A model generated the notes under the pieces. That model saw nothing but the letters and a program-made list of their open reading frames with translations, ran no database searches and was not told the DNA's origin. The position numbers and the translations under genes are program-made. Positions 9,233 to 17,843 of a stretch of DNA of 41,861 nt are shown here, piece after piece. Source of the DNA: an uncultured bacterium (GTDB lineage Bacteria; Omnitrophota; Omnitrophia; Omnitrophales; Aquincolibacteriaceae); assembly GCA_964526065.1 (NCBI GenBank), contig CAZGID010000002.1, positions 1 through 41,861 of the forward strand, read 5' to 3'. The first letter of the stretch is position 1. Each line of letters begins with the position of its first letter.

Positions 9233-11092
9233 TTATGAGCTCTTGTCGAGACGCTGCATGTGCCAGAAGGTGCTGAATTTCCCGTTCGCATCTAACAATT
9301 CAGCCATGGAACCTTGTTCAGCCACAGAGCCGTTCTCCAGCACGATAATATGGTCCGCCTTTCTTATGGTAGAAAGACGATGCGCAATGATCAAAGTGGT
9401 TTTTCCGGAGCTGGCAGTATCAATCGCCCGCTGAACCATGTCTTCTGTCTTAGAATCCAGAGCGCTGGTGGATTCATCAAAAATAATCACTTCCGGATTT
9501 TTCAACATGCATCGTGCGATTGCCACACGCTGTCTTTCTCCTGAAGACAACTGAATGCCCCGTTCACCGACCTCGCTCTCAAGGCCTTTTGGCAGTTTGA
9601 AAACCAAATCATCCAGACACGCTTTTTTCAAAACATCCTGCATCACGTTCTCTTTAACTTCGCTCTTAACACCATAACAAAGGTTCATTCGCAATGTTCC
9701 ATTAAAAAGAAGACTTTCCTGACTCACCAGGTAAATCTGGTCACGAATCGACGCAGAAGTAAAACTCCGAATATCCGATTGATCCAAAAAAATGGAATCG
9801 GGAGGACAATCATAAAAGCGGACTAAAAGATGCGCGATCGTGCTTTTTCCCGAACCGGTATGCCCCACAAGGGCTGTCATCTGCCCTTTTTTAATAAAAA
9901 AATTTAAACCATTAAAGACCGGCCGTTCTCCATAGGAGAATTGTAGATTTTTAAATCGAATACCTGTCTCAAGTTTCTTAAATACGCTGCTTCCTTCGGG
10001 CACCACATGCTTGTCTTGGTTTTCGAAGACATAGTTAATCTGCTGTAGTGGTCCATGCAACTGTGCCAGCAAGGAAATAAACCGCCCAATACCATTCACG
10101 CTGGATAGCGCCCGCCGCAACAAAAGAAAGAAAACCAGATAGGCCGCTAAATCACCCGCCCCTGACTGAACTTTGTACCAAGCCATAAAGCCTACGAGAA
10201 AGAGAAAAATAACGATGGTTATAACTTCCTGAACCACTGGAATCCCTTCGGTTTTCTTTGTCATCTGGTGCCGAATCTTGGCCATTCTAGAACTAAGAGA
10301 TTCAAATTCCTCCGTTTCTGCGTTTTCCAAATTACTCAACTTGACAAGAGGTATTCCCATGATTGTGTTGGTAATTTTTCTGCTTAATGCCTTTTGCACC
10401 TGCGCCGTGATGACCGAAGATCTACGTATTTTCTTAATGATCCAATTGAGAATCCCGTGCACCAAAGGGAATGCGAGCAATGAAACCAGAGTTACCTGCC
10501 ACGAAATGAGAAGCATAATAGTCACATAGATGATCAGACAAAGAAGCTGGACCATAAATTGGCCAATGTTTCTTAAAATTTCAGCCATATTTCCGACGTA
10601 TCCAAGAAGAAGATCGACAAGATTACCAACGCTCGTTTTGTCAAAAAAGAATTTTCCAAAACCTAAGAAACGTGAAAAAAGGCGGCTTCTTAAACGATGA
10701 CTAAAATCCATCACTTGACGCGACAGCGCGAGCACCACTACATATTGCAAACTGTTTTTAATGAGCGCAGAGGCGAAGATCACTAACAGTAGAAATACAA
10801 AGCTGGTGGCGAAAGGTCGGCCGGTGAATGCGATAAGTTCAGCACCAATCTGACCAACGTAAGGAAGCTGCAAAAAAAAGGCAAAGTTTTCTTCAATCAC
10901 ACCCTTAACGAGCGGGATCAGCAATCCAAGGCTTAGGCCTTCGAAAAAGGCGGTGAGAAGCGAAAAAACCGCAGGTATCAAAAAAGCAAATATTGACGTC
11001 CGCGTCTCGCGAAACAAGTTTCTCAAAATCCTGAGATCTTGCCCAAGTTCTCCGGAAGCAAACGATCGATAAATCTTTGATTTAATCTGCAC
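9233..11092 (-). CDS. Fused TMD-NBD ABC exporter (MsbA/PglK-like)
   Basis: Six-helix hydrophobic N-terminal half. Walker A GHTGSGKST, signature LSSGERQR, Walker B VIIFDESTSALD. Confidence 0.9.
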   Translation of the reverse strand: MQIKSKIYRSFASGELGQDLRILRNLFRETRTSIFAFLIPAVFSLLTAFFEGLSLGLLIPLVKGVIEENFAFFLQLPYVGQIGAELIAFTGRPFATSFVFLLLVIFASALIKNSLQYVVVLALSRQVMDFSHRLRSRLFSRFLGFGKFFFDKTSVGNLVDLLLGYVGNMAEILRNIGQFMVQLLCLIIYVTIMLLISWQVTLVSLLAFPLVHGILNWIIKKIRRSSVITAQVQKALSRKITNTIMGIPLVKLSNLENAETEEFESLSSRMAKIRHQMTKKTEGIPVVQEVITIVIFLFLVGFMAWYKVQSGAGDLAAYLVFFLLLRRALSSVNGIGRFISLLAQLHGPLQQINYVFENQDKHVVPEGSSVFKKLETGIRFKNLQFSYGERPVFNGLNFFIKKGQMTALVGHTGSGKSTIAHLLVRFYDCPPDSIFLDQSDIRSFTSASIRDQIYLVSQESLLFNGTLRMNLCYGVKSEVKENVMQDVLKKACLDDLVFKLPKGLESEVGERGIQLSSGERQRVAIARCMLKNPEVIIFDESTSALDSKTEDMVQRAIDTASSGKTTLIIAHRLSTIRKADHIIVLENGSVAEQGSMAELLDANGKFSTFWHMQRLDKSS

Positions 11093-11240
11093 AGATTCGC
11101 CTTATAAATCCAAAGGCCATTCCCTTATCTTTCTTTTTGCATTACAGTCATTATCCACAATCCGTGGTCGCGCATGAAAAAAGACATCGAAACTATCAGC
11201 CCGCAATGCTTGCCTCATATACATCGCTGATAAAGACATT

Positions 11241-12086
11241 TCATCTTCTAAACTGGTCATACTTCGGATTATTCCTTTTTTGCGTTACGTCTTTGTAATG
11301 AAAAACAAAAACATCCTCCGCCACATAAGACGGGATGCCCCGTTGATGCAGTCTCCGCTGAAACTCATTTTCGTTTCCTATATTTCGATTTGAAGGATCA
11401 AAATAGCAATTTCGAATAATCTTCCAAAAGCGGTTCGTCGTGAAAACTTTCGTCGCAGCCCCAAAAAAGAATCCATTAATATAGTCCAGCTTGCGTCGCG
11501 GCCGGCCGGCCAGCCGTCGCGCTATAGCATTAATATCTTCCATAGAATCAGACGGCACGTAATCATTAATAATCTTTCTTATGTGTTGCTCCGGCTGATG
11601 TCCCGGGCCATTGGTAACCGGCCCTATCAGCGATTCTCCATCCAAAGCATCCAGGTGCGAAATCAGTCTCTCGAACGCCTGATCTTGAATTACCACATCA
11701 TTATTAATGACAAATATATAATCGGCCTTGACCTTCCTTATGGCTGCATCGATCCCTGAATTCCACCCTTGAGTGAGGCCCATATTTTTAGAAAATCGAA
11801 AATATAGTAAATTTTTCGCCTTGGCCGCTTCAGTGGTCCAGAAGCTCTTTGTGCCATCATCCGAATGATCATCAATCACAACCACTACATAATTGTGTTT
11901 GCTGCTGAACGAATTCAAACAGGATTCATAGGCCCGCCGCGTATATTCCAGATAGTTATAACAAGGAAGGACAGCTGCGACCGTCTTTTTTGATCGATCA
12001 AGATCCAGCCTTGATAAACAAACTTCATCAAACTTAATACTTCTTTTTAAGCATAGCCGCGCCGTTCTTAGCCATTTTTTTATCAT
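11241..12086 (-). CDS. Family 2 glycosyltransferase
   Basis: AAVLPCYNYLEYTRRAYESCLNS...VVVIDDHSDDGT...FVINNDV, a GT2-type N-terminal domain. Confidence 0.75.
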   Translation of the reverse strand: MIKKWLRTARLCLKRSIKFDEVCLSRLDLDRSKKTVAAVLPCYNYLEYTRRAYESCLNSFSSKHNYVVVVIDDHSDDGTKSFWTTEAAKAKNLLYFRFSKNMGLTQGWNSGIDAAIRKVKADYIFVINNDVVIQDQAFERLISHLDALDGESLIGPVTNGPGHQPEQHIRKIINDYVPSDSMEDINAIARRLAGRPRRKLDYINGFFFGAATKVFTTNRFWKIIRNCYFDPSNRNIGNENEFQRRLHQRGIPSYVAEDVFVFHYKDVTQKRNNPKYDQFRR

Positions 12087-12116
12087 GAATAAACCGTCGT
12101 TCCTCTATGCATCTAC

Positions 12117-13322
12117 TCAATTTCTTCTTTTGATCGTTTCAACGATCATTCTAATTCCCGCAGCAGACTCTGCCATCAAACGCTTGCGCTGAGCCTGCAA
12201 TAGATCCGGCGGCAGCGCTAAAGCATTCATTGTGGGATCGAATAGGTTATCCGGGTCTGCAAAAAAGCTTGCCCGCGGATCGCCCCAAGTCGATAGAAAT
12301 CGCTTAATCTTTGCGATCCCGTTTAAGCAAACATACGGAATCCCAAACGACATAGCCGTTAATGTTCCATGCAGGCTTGACCCTATAAAGATATTCGCAT
12401 GGGCAATCAGCGCCATGAGTTCAAAAACATTTTTCGTATCAGGCATTTCGCAAGGGATCTTTAAATGGCTTTTTATCTCTTTCAATGCCCACGGATCTTC
12501 ATGTCTCATGGCGCGCCCAAGCGGCAATAAAACAATGTTCATTTTCGTTCTTTTTTGAATCAGCGATATTTGTTTCGCAATCACAGGAGCCTGATCTTTA
12601 ACGATCGAGCGTCTGATCTGAAAGCACATATAATTTCCCCGATTAATGATTTGTTTTACTTGCCCCGCGACCGCGTCCTTCAGCTCACTGGATGGATACA
12701 AATCAGACATCAATATGGCGGCATCGGGGGAAAGGGCCGCTATGCGGCCGTTGTGATTAATCAGGTCCTGTGTCTCTTTATCCCTCACTGAAATGCAGGC
12801 TGCTCTCTTAAGATGATTTTGGACGATCCCCAGGGTTTCTTTGGATGCTGTGAAAAGACCGCTTCCACCCACGGCGTTATAAATAACTCTGGGAGTCTTT
12901 AAAAAGTACTCGGGTTGAATCACGAACGGGTATTTCCAGGCTCCTCCGTAATATCGCTTGATAATGCGTTCCACAAGACCGGTTCCCAAAAGCCGTTTAA
13001 CGCCCCCCATGATTTTTCGTAAATATTCTGGCCATAAATATTGGGCGGCGGCTGACCAATTACCGATTCCCAGCACATCTCCCCCCACCACAATAATGCA
13101 GCTTTGTGCGGGCAGCTTCCCAGAGCGCTCAACAGCATGAATCGACTCGACTTTAAGGCCGTTATAGGCCCGGGCGTCGTAGCGACGCATCCCCGCGTAG
13201 CGAAACGCATAGCCGTCAAGCCCTTCGCTTTTTAACGCTTTGGTCATCAGAGTCGCTAACAGAAGATCACCATAATTAAATCGATCAATCGCTCCGAAAA
13301 AAAGCAGGGTGGGTAGTTTCAT
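12117..13322 (-). CDS. Polysaccharide pyruvyl transferase family protein
   Basis: N-terminal FFGAIDRFNYGDLLL and C-terminal IGSSLHGTLTAMSFGIPYVCL match the conserved ends of the PS_pyruv_trans (CsaB/WcaK-type) family. Confidence 0.8.
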   Translation of the reverse strand: MKLPTLLFFGAIDRFNYGDLLLATLMTKALKSEGLDGYAFRYAGMRRYDARAYNGLKVESIHAVERSGKLPAQSCIIVVGGDVLGIGNWSAAAQYLWPEYLRKIMGGVKRLLGTGLVERIIKRYYGGAWKYPFVIQPEYFLKTPRVIYNAVGGSGLFTASKETLGIVQNHLKRAACISVRDKETQDLINHNGRIAALSPDAAILMSDLYPSSELKDAVAGQVKQIINRGNYMCFQIRRSIVKDQAPVIAKQISLIQKRTKMNIVLLPLGRAMRHEDPWALKEIKSHLKIPCEMPDTKNVFELMALIAHANIFIGSSLHGTLTAMSFGIPYVCLNGIAKIKRFLSTWGDPRASFFADPDNLFDPTMNALALPPDLLQAQRKRLMAESAAGIRMIVETIKRRN

Positions 13323-13324
13323 TG

Positions 13325-14086
13325 TTATAAAACTTTAAGACGAAACAGGGATTGTTTGTTTTCAGTCTGATAATCAATATCACTTACACTCAGCCCTGCA
13401 TTTCGGCACAAGGATGCGAAATATTCTTTTTCATATCGAACGACATGCAGCGACCCTCTATGCTGCTTATAAAGATAGTTTTCAGGATTGATTGAGACGT
13501 CGTCGACATTTTCTTCGACATAAGCTGTGAATCTCATTTCACCCTCATCCTTTAGTACGCGCCTGGATTCATGCAAGTACACCTGAACATCCCGTGGGAG
13601 CATATGAGAGAACACAGAGTAGGCATAGACCAGATCGAAAATATTATTATTAAAAGGAAACCTAAATAGTTCGTTTATTCGCTTTTCGCTCTGTGGGTTA
13701 TACCGTTCATTTCTGACATTGATGTGAGTAAACCGAAAATGCCTGTGCCTCGGCTCCAGATAATGCCTGCACCAGTTTATTGCGTTTCTATCCACGTCGA
13801 TCCCTTCATACTGTAATTCGCCGATGACTCGCAATATGCCAAGGGCCAGACGGCCATAGCTGCATCCAATATCCAGGACCTTCGAGTGGCAATTAATACC
13901 TAATTCCTCTTTTAATCGCTGCGCTTCTTTTTCTGCCGATGACACATAGTAGTGATCATTCTTATAGAGAGAGCTGCATCTCCGGACATGGGTTAGGGGC
14001 AAGGGATATCCTTCATAAAGAACGCACTCCAGTGGATCCTTCTTGCCAAATATTCTTATTATTTCCCTTAGGATTTTAGCGGCCAT
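13325..14086 (-). CDS. Class I SAM-dependent methyltransferase
   Basis: Motif I VLDIGCSYGRLALG. Post-motif FDLVYAYSVFSHM. First low-GC gene of the cluster. Confidence 0.8.
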   Translation of the reverse strand: MAAKILREIIRIFGKKDPLECVLYEGYPLPLTHVRRCSSLYKNDHYYVSSAEKEAQRLKEELGINCHSKVLDIGCSYGRLALGILRVIGELQYEGIDVDRNAINWCRHYLEPRHRHFRFTHINVRNERYNPQSEKRINELFRFPFNNNIFDLVYAYSVFSHMLPRDVQVYLHESRRVLKDEGEMRFTAYVEENVDDVSINPENYLYKQHRGSLHVVRYEKEYFASLCRNAGLSVSDIDYQTENKQSLFRLKVL

Positions 14087-14154
14087 TCACAGCTTCGCCC
14101 TCTCAGTCCCAGGCCGGGACCTCCGAGGGCATTCTCCTTGTTGCTCTTTTTGTA

Positions 14155-14718
14155 TTACAGCACTTCTACGCAATCCGCCGGCACCTGCACGGAGACGGAC
14201 TGCATTAAAAGATCCAGCGAGATCACCAGCCGGCACTGTTTGTCCCGCTGGACAACATAGCCTTCGGCCCCTTTAAAAGGGCCTGAACGAACATAGACAC
14301 GTGTTCCTTCTTTCAAATACGGAAAGGGATCGATCGAAATATTATGATTAAGAAAAGTGCGGATGGATTCTAGATCGCGTTCCGGCACAGCAACCGGCAT
14401 GAGCGGCGAGGGCCCCACAAATCGGACGGCTCCCGGGGTCTTCAAGACATCGACGCGGTCGGAAAATGGAATCCGGACAAAAAGATAGCCCTTAAAAAGC
14501 GGCTCGGTAATTTCTTTGCGGCGGTCGCTCCAGCGGCGCTGAAAGTGGCGCAACGGCAGAAAGCTTTCGATTCCCTTACGAGTCAGGAGTTCATGCAGTT
14601 TTTTTTCATGGCGGCTGCGCGCATAAAGCGCATACCATGAAAAGTTTGTTTCAGGGGGAAGAAAAGGTTTTAAAATCCCAGGACTCTGGGGTTGCAACGC
14701 TGGAACACATCCCGTCAT
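14155..14718 (-). CDS. NusG-paralog transcription antiterminator (UpxY/RfaH/LoaP-like)
   Basis: NGN domain WYALYARSRHEKKLHELLTRKGIESFLP...EPLFKGYLFVR. KOW region EGTRVYVRSGPFKGAEGYVV. Start placed at the ATG at 14718, preceded by GGAGG with a 5-nt spacer. The ORF-track start at 14769 is a GTG with no SD. Confidence 0.8.
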   Translation of the reverse strand: MTGCVPALQPQSPGILKPFLPPETNFSWYALYARSRHEKKLHELLTRKGIESFLPLRHFQRRWSDRRKEITEPLFKGYLFVRIPFSDRVDVLKTPGAVRFVGPSPLMPVAVPERDLESIRTFLNHNISIDPFPYLKEGTRVYVRSGPFKGAEGYVVQRDKQCRLVISLDLLMQSVSVQVPADCVEVL

Positions 14719-14789
14719 CGGAGCCTCCATGGCCGGGATATGCAAAGGCCATTTCCCGCCTGCCGTCACATCCCGGGAAAATGGATGGG

Positions 14790-15002
14790 TTACTTATTGT
14801 TCATGCGTTCCATCAGCCAGGCATCAAGAATATCTTTCTTGAAACGCCATTGCCCGCCGATTTTCGTTGCCGGTATTTCCTGCTTCTTCAGCAGCCGGTA
14901 AACGGTGACCAAGTGAAATCCCAAATACTTCGCGGCTTCCTTGGGGGTCATGATCTGAGTCCGCTCCGGACGTTTCTGCGCACTCGCTTTCTGCTCTTCC
15001 AT
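14790..15002 (-). CDS. Excisionase-family helix-turn-helix DNA-binding protein
   Basis: MTPKEAAKYLGFHLVTVYRLLKKQEIPATKIGGQWRFKKDILDAWL is the typical MerR-superfamily excisionase-type HTH. AAGGAGAAATAAA precedes the ATG. Confidence 0.75.
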   Translation of the reverse strand: MEEQKASAQKRPERTQIMTPKEAAKYLGFHLVTVYRLLKKQEIPATKIGGQWRFKKDILDAWLMERMNNK

Positions 15003-15090
15003 TTTATTTCTCCTTGCTGCTCCTCAGTTTCAGTTGCTATTGACTGCAATCATTATCATTTGATCGCTTGTGTTCGAAATCTATAGAAGA

Positions 15091-15118
15091 AATATACCTT
15101 ATAACTAGAAATAATCAA
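15091..15118 (-). promoter_or_regulatory. Candidate sigma70-type promoter for the HTH / NusG-paralog / glycan operon
   Basis: Minus strand reads TTGATT (15118-15113), 16-nt spacer, TATATT (15096-15091), in an AT-rich 220-nt intergenic region. Implies a leader of about 80 nt. Confidence 0.3.
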
Positions 15119-15224
15119 GAAATGCTAGCAATTTTTATATCCGGAAGTCTAGGCTAACCCCTTGTGTAGATTGGGGTTAGGGATAAAAAAGCAGCCGGAT
15201 TAAATTTTGATCGGTTTTGTTAGA

Positions 15225-15779
15225 TCAGGGCTTTTCAAGCCCCAGATCCCGCAAATCGAAAATTGGCGTAAAGTTGTAAGCACTCAGCACTTCGGACGCG
15301 CCTTCCAGCCGGTCCACCAGGCAGATGGTCTTCACCACGCGCGCCTTGGTTTTTTCAACTTCCTGAATCGCTTTCAGCACGGACTTGCCCGTCGTCACGA
15401 CATCCTCGACCATCACAACTTTGTCGCCTTCGGCCAATGCCGGTCCTTCGATCATTCGCTGCATGCCATGCTCTTTCGCTTCTTTGCGGACAATAAAGGC
15501 CTTGATCGGATGCCCGGATTGCGAACTCAAAAGCGCAACCGCCGCCGCCATCGGATCGGCCCCAAGCGTCGGGCCGCCGATCGCATCGGCGTGCGCCTGT
15601 TGCGCCAGAGAATAAATCAGTTTCGCCGCCACAAATAACCCCTGCGGATCCAGGGTAACTTGTTTTCCATCAATATAAAAGCCGCTCGTTTTGCCCGAAG
15701 CCAGGGTGCGTTCCCCTTTCATCAGAGCCTTTTCTTTTAAAAGTTTCAGCAGAGTTTCTTTTAACTGGTTTTCGTCCAT
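15225..15779 (-). CDS. pyrE: Orotate phosphoribosyltransferase
   Basis: LASGKTSGFYIDGK..., PRPP-binding loop VVMVEDVVTTGKS. Start at the ATG at 15779, with GGAG 9 nt upstream. Confidence 0.9.
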   Translation of the reverse strand: MDENQLKETLLKLLKEKALMKGERTLASGKTSGFYIDGKQVTLDPQGLFVAAKLIYSLAQQAHADAIGGPTLGADPMAAAVALLSSQSGHPIKAFIVRKEAKEHGMQRMIEGPALAEGDKVVMVEDVVTTGKSVLKAIQEVEKTKARVVKTICLVDRLEGASEVLSAYNFTPIFDLRDLGLEKP

Positions 15780-15866
15780 GATCTTGATCTCCGTCCGTGG
15801 CTGGCGAGGGCCAAGCAAGCCCTTCTTATCTGGCTGTTGTCTCTATGATCGGCTGATCCAGAGGTT

Positions 15867-16661
15867 TCATTTAATATTTTGCGTCTCCACAATCCGGCGC
15901 ACCAGGCCCCGAAACATCTGGGCCTCGCTCGGTAAAAGGCCGCTGCGTTTAAACAGGCGATGCAAAGAAGCACGAATCCGCGGCATTTTATCGGCCTGTT
16001 CGTCATAACCCAAGGCGCGAAGCGCTTCGTCCCAGGTATCCAGCACCTGGATCACTTCCTGCTGCGTTAACAGTTCGGGGCTCCGGTCCGCGGCCTTCAA
16101 GCCGGACCATTCCCCGACGACGTGGCCCCGGCGCGGCCGGGGGGAAGCCAGTCCGGGACGCGCTTCAAACAGAGAAAAGGCCATAATCATCACGGCCTGG
16201 GCTAAATTGATCGAGGGGAATTCCGGAGAAGCCGGCAGCGTGGTAATCCAGTCACACCGCCTCAACGCATCATTATCCAGCCCCTTGGATTCGCGTCCGA
16301 ACATCAGGGCAGTACGCCGTCCCCGCTGCCGGAATTGCCGGATCTTTTTCAAGGCCGCATCATATTCGATAAACGTACCGCGCTTGGGACCGCCCCGGCG
16401 CGTCGTTCCGATGACCAGATGCAGATCCGCCACCGCCGCTTCCACCGAATCAAATTCCCGTGCCTTCTCCAGAAGATCCACAGCCGAAACGGCCATTTTG
16501 CGTCCTTTGCGGCGCCAGGCCCGCACCGGACTCACCAGTCTCAATTCATCCAATGCCATATTTTTCATGGCGCGCACCACCGCGCCGATATTGTCCGGAT
16601 TTTCCGGTTCCACCAGCAAAATTGCCGGCGCAAAATGCGCCTGGGTTTTTTCTCCGGGCAT
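15867..16661 (-). CDS. trmJ: SpoU-class tRNA/rRNA 2'-O-methyltransferase, TrmJ/LasT-like
   Basis: ILLVEPENPDNIGAVVRAMKNMALDELRLVSP and FGRESKGL...INLAQAVMIMAF are SPOUT motifs. Start is uncertain: ATG at 16661 preferred, ATG at 16697 possible. Confidence 0.75.
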   Translation of the reverse strand: MPGEKTQAHFAPAILLVEPENPDNIGAVVRAMKNMALDELRLVSPVRAWRRKGRKMAVSAVDLLEKAREFDSVEAAVADLHLVIGTTRRGGPKRGTFIEYDAALKKIRQFRQRGRRTALMFGRESKGLDNDALRRCDWITTLPASPEFPSINLAQAVMIMAFSLFEARPGLASPRPRRGHVVGEWSGLKAADRSPELLTQQEVIQVLDTWDEALRALGYDEQADKMPRIRASLHRLFKRSGLLPSEAQMFRGLVRRIVETQNIK

Positions 16662-16689
16662 TGCCGCTTTTCCCCGGCTCTTGTAAGAT
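16661..16689 (+). promoter_or_regulatory. Candidate promoter giving a leaderless glycerophosphodiesterase mRNA
   Basis: TTGCCG (16661-16666), 17-nt spacer, TAAGAT (16684-16689), 6 nt, then the ATG at 16696. No SD. Confidence 0.35.
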
Positions 16690-16695
16690 GATTTC

Positions 16696-17502
16696 ATGAC
16701 TGCTGTTTCTCCTGCGCCCCTTATTTTTGCCCACCGAGGCGCTCCGGTTCTGCATCCGGAGAATACGCTCGAGGCTTTTCGCAACGCCCTCTCTCAATAC
16801 CACGTTGATGGATTCGAACTCGATATTCAACTTTCGCGCGACGGAATCCCGATGGTCCTGCACGATGCCCGGCTGAACCGGACAACCAACGGCCGCGGCC
16901 GGACGATCCATTACCGGGCTGAGGAACTGGCGGCTCTGGACGCCGGGTATTTTTTCCGCAATGAGGCCGGCCGGTTTTCCCTTCGTGGCCAAGGTATTCA
17001 CATTCCCCGCCTCGAACAAATTTTACAGGAATTCCCTCAAACAACGCTCGCCATTGAACTCAAAGACATTCCCGATTCCGGTGTCCAGGCGGTGCTCTCG
17101 CTGATTCAACGCTTCCGGGCCGAAGGGCGTGTTATTCTCGGTTCCGAGCATCATGCTGTCAACCGGTGTGTCGCTCGCCAGGCGCCGCATTTGCGCCGCT
17201 TCTTTTCACGGCGTGATGTGCTTCAGTTTTATTTTGCTTACCGGACCGGCCGCCAACGGCCTCGGGAACACGGCCGCGTCGCTTCGCTGCCCACGCACTC
17301 GTACGGTCTTCGTCTGGATTCGCCGGGATGGATTGATTTTCTTCATGCGCATGGCGTTGCTGTGTATTTCTGGACGATCGACCGGGCCGAAGATATTCGC
17401 CGTCTGGCCAATTGCGGCGCCGATGGCCTGGTGACGAACCGTCCCGATATTGCTAATTCGATTCTTGACCGCCCACGCGGAACTGCTCCCACAAACGAAT
17501 AA
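16696..17502 (+). CDS. Glycerophosphodiester phosphodiesterase
   Basis: IFAHRGAPVLHPENTLEAF...ELDIQLSRDGIPMVLHDARLNRTTNGRG, the GDPD catalytic motifs. Confidence 0.85.
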   Translation: MTAVSPAPLIFAHRGAPVLHPENTLEAFRNALSQYHVDGFELDIQLSRDGIPMVLHDARLNRTTNGRGRTIHYRAEELAALDAGYFFRNEAGRFSLRGQGIHIPRLEQILQEFPQTTLAIELKDIPDSGVQAVLSLIQRFRAEGRVILGSEHHAVNRCVARQAPHLRRFFSRRDVLQFYFAYRTGRQRPREHGRVASLPTHSYGLRLDSPGWIDFLHAHGVAVYFWTIDRAEDIRRLANCGADGLVTNRPDIANSILDRPRGTAPTNE

Positions 17503-17827
17503 ACCGGGCCTCATAAATCATACGGTACAAATCTACCTTATCCGGAAACAACTCCCGCACTTTTTCTTCCAGCCGGCTTTTGGCAATTTCAATATCGATG
17601 GCATCGGCTTTCTCAAACAAAATCATCCGGCAAATACCGGCAGCATCCTTCTGAATTTCCTGAGCTTTTTTCCGCTCTTCTTCGTTCTGGCAATACCGCG
17701 TAATGTCATCGGCCGTTTCAAGCAGTGAAATATCCAGCCGGTGGCCGCAGCGGCACTGAATCGGCTTTTCACCTTCAAATTCGATGACATCGTATTCTTT
17801 CCCGCACTGGGGACAATGAATCGGCAT
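17453..17827 (-). CDS. Zinc-ribbon hypothetical protein
   Basis: N-terminal CPQCG...x14...CRCG zinc-ribbon pattern followed by a charged helical tail. 3' end overlaps the convergent GDPD gene by 50 nt. Confidence 0.6.
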   Translation of the reverse strand: MPIHCPQCGKEYDVIEFEGEKPIQCRCGHRLDISLLETADDITRYCQNEEERKKAQEIQKDAAGICRMILFEKADAIDIEIAKSRLEEKVRELFPDKVDLYRMIYEARFIRLWEQFRVGGQESN

Positions 17828-17843
17828 AATTTCCGCCCCGGGA

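Noticed and set aside
14790-15002. Excisionase-family gene as a marker of a prophage or integrative element carrying the low-GC block
   Set aside because: There is no integrase, att-like repeat, tRNA or phage gene nearby. The HTH gene has host-like GC and is co-oriented with the NusG paralog, so a regulatory role fits better.
15154-15180. Hairpin CTAACCCC-loop-GGGGTTAG as the pyrE terminator
   Set aside because: The stem is 8 bp, but no U tract follows on the minus strand. It may be structural, but it cannot be called an intrinsic terminator from sequence.
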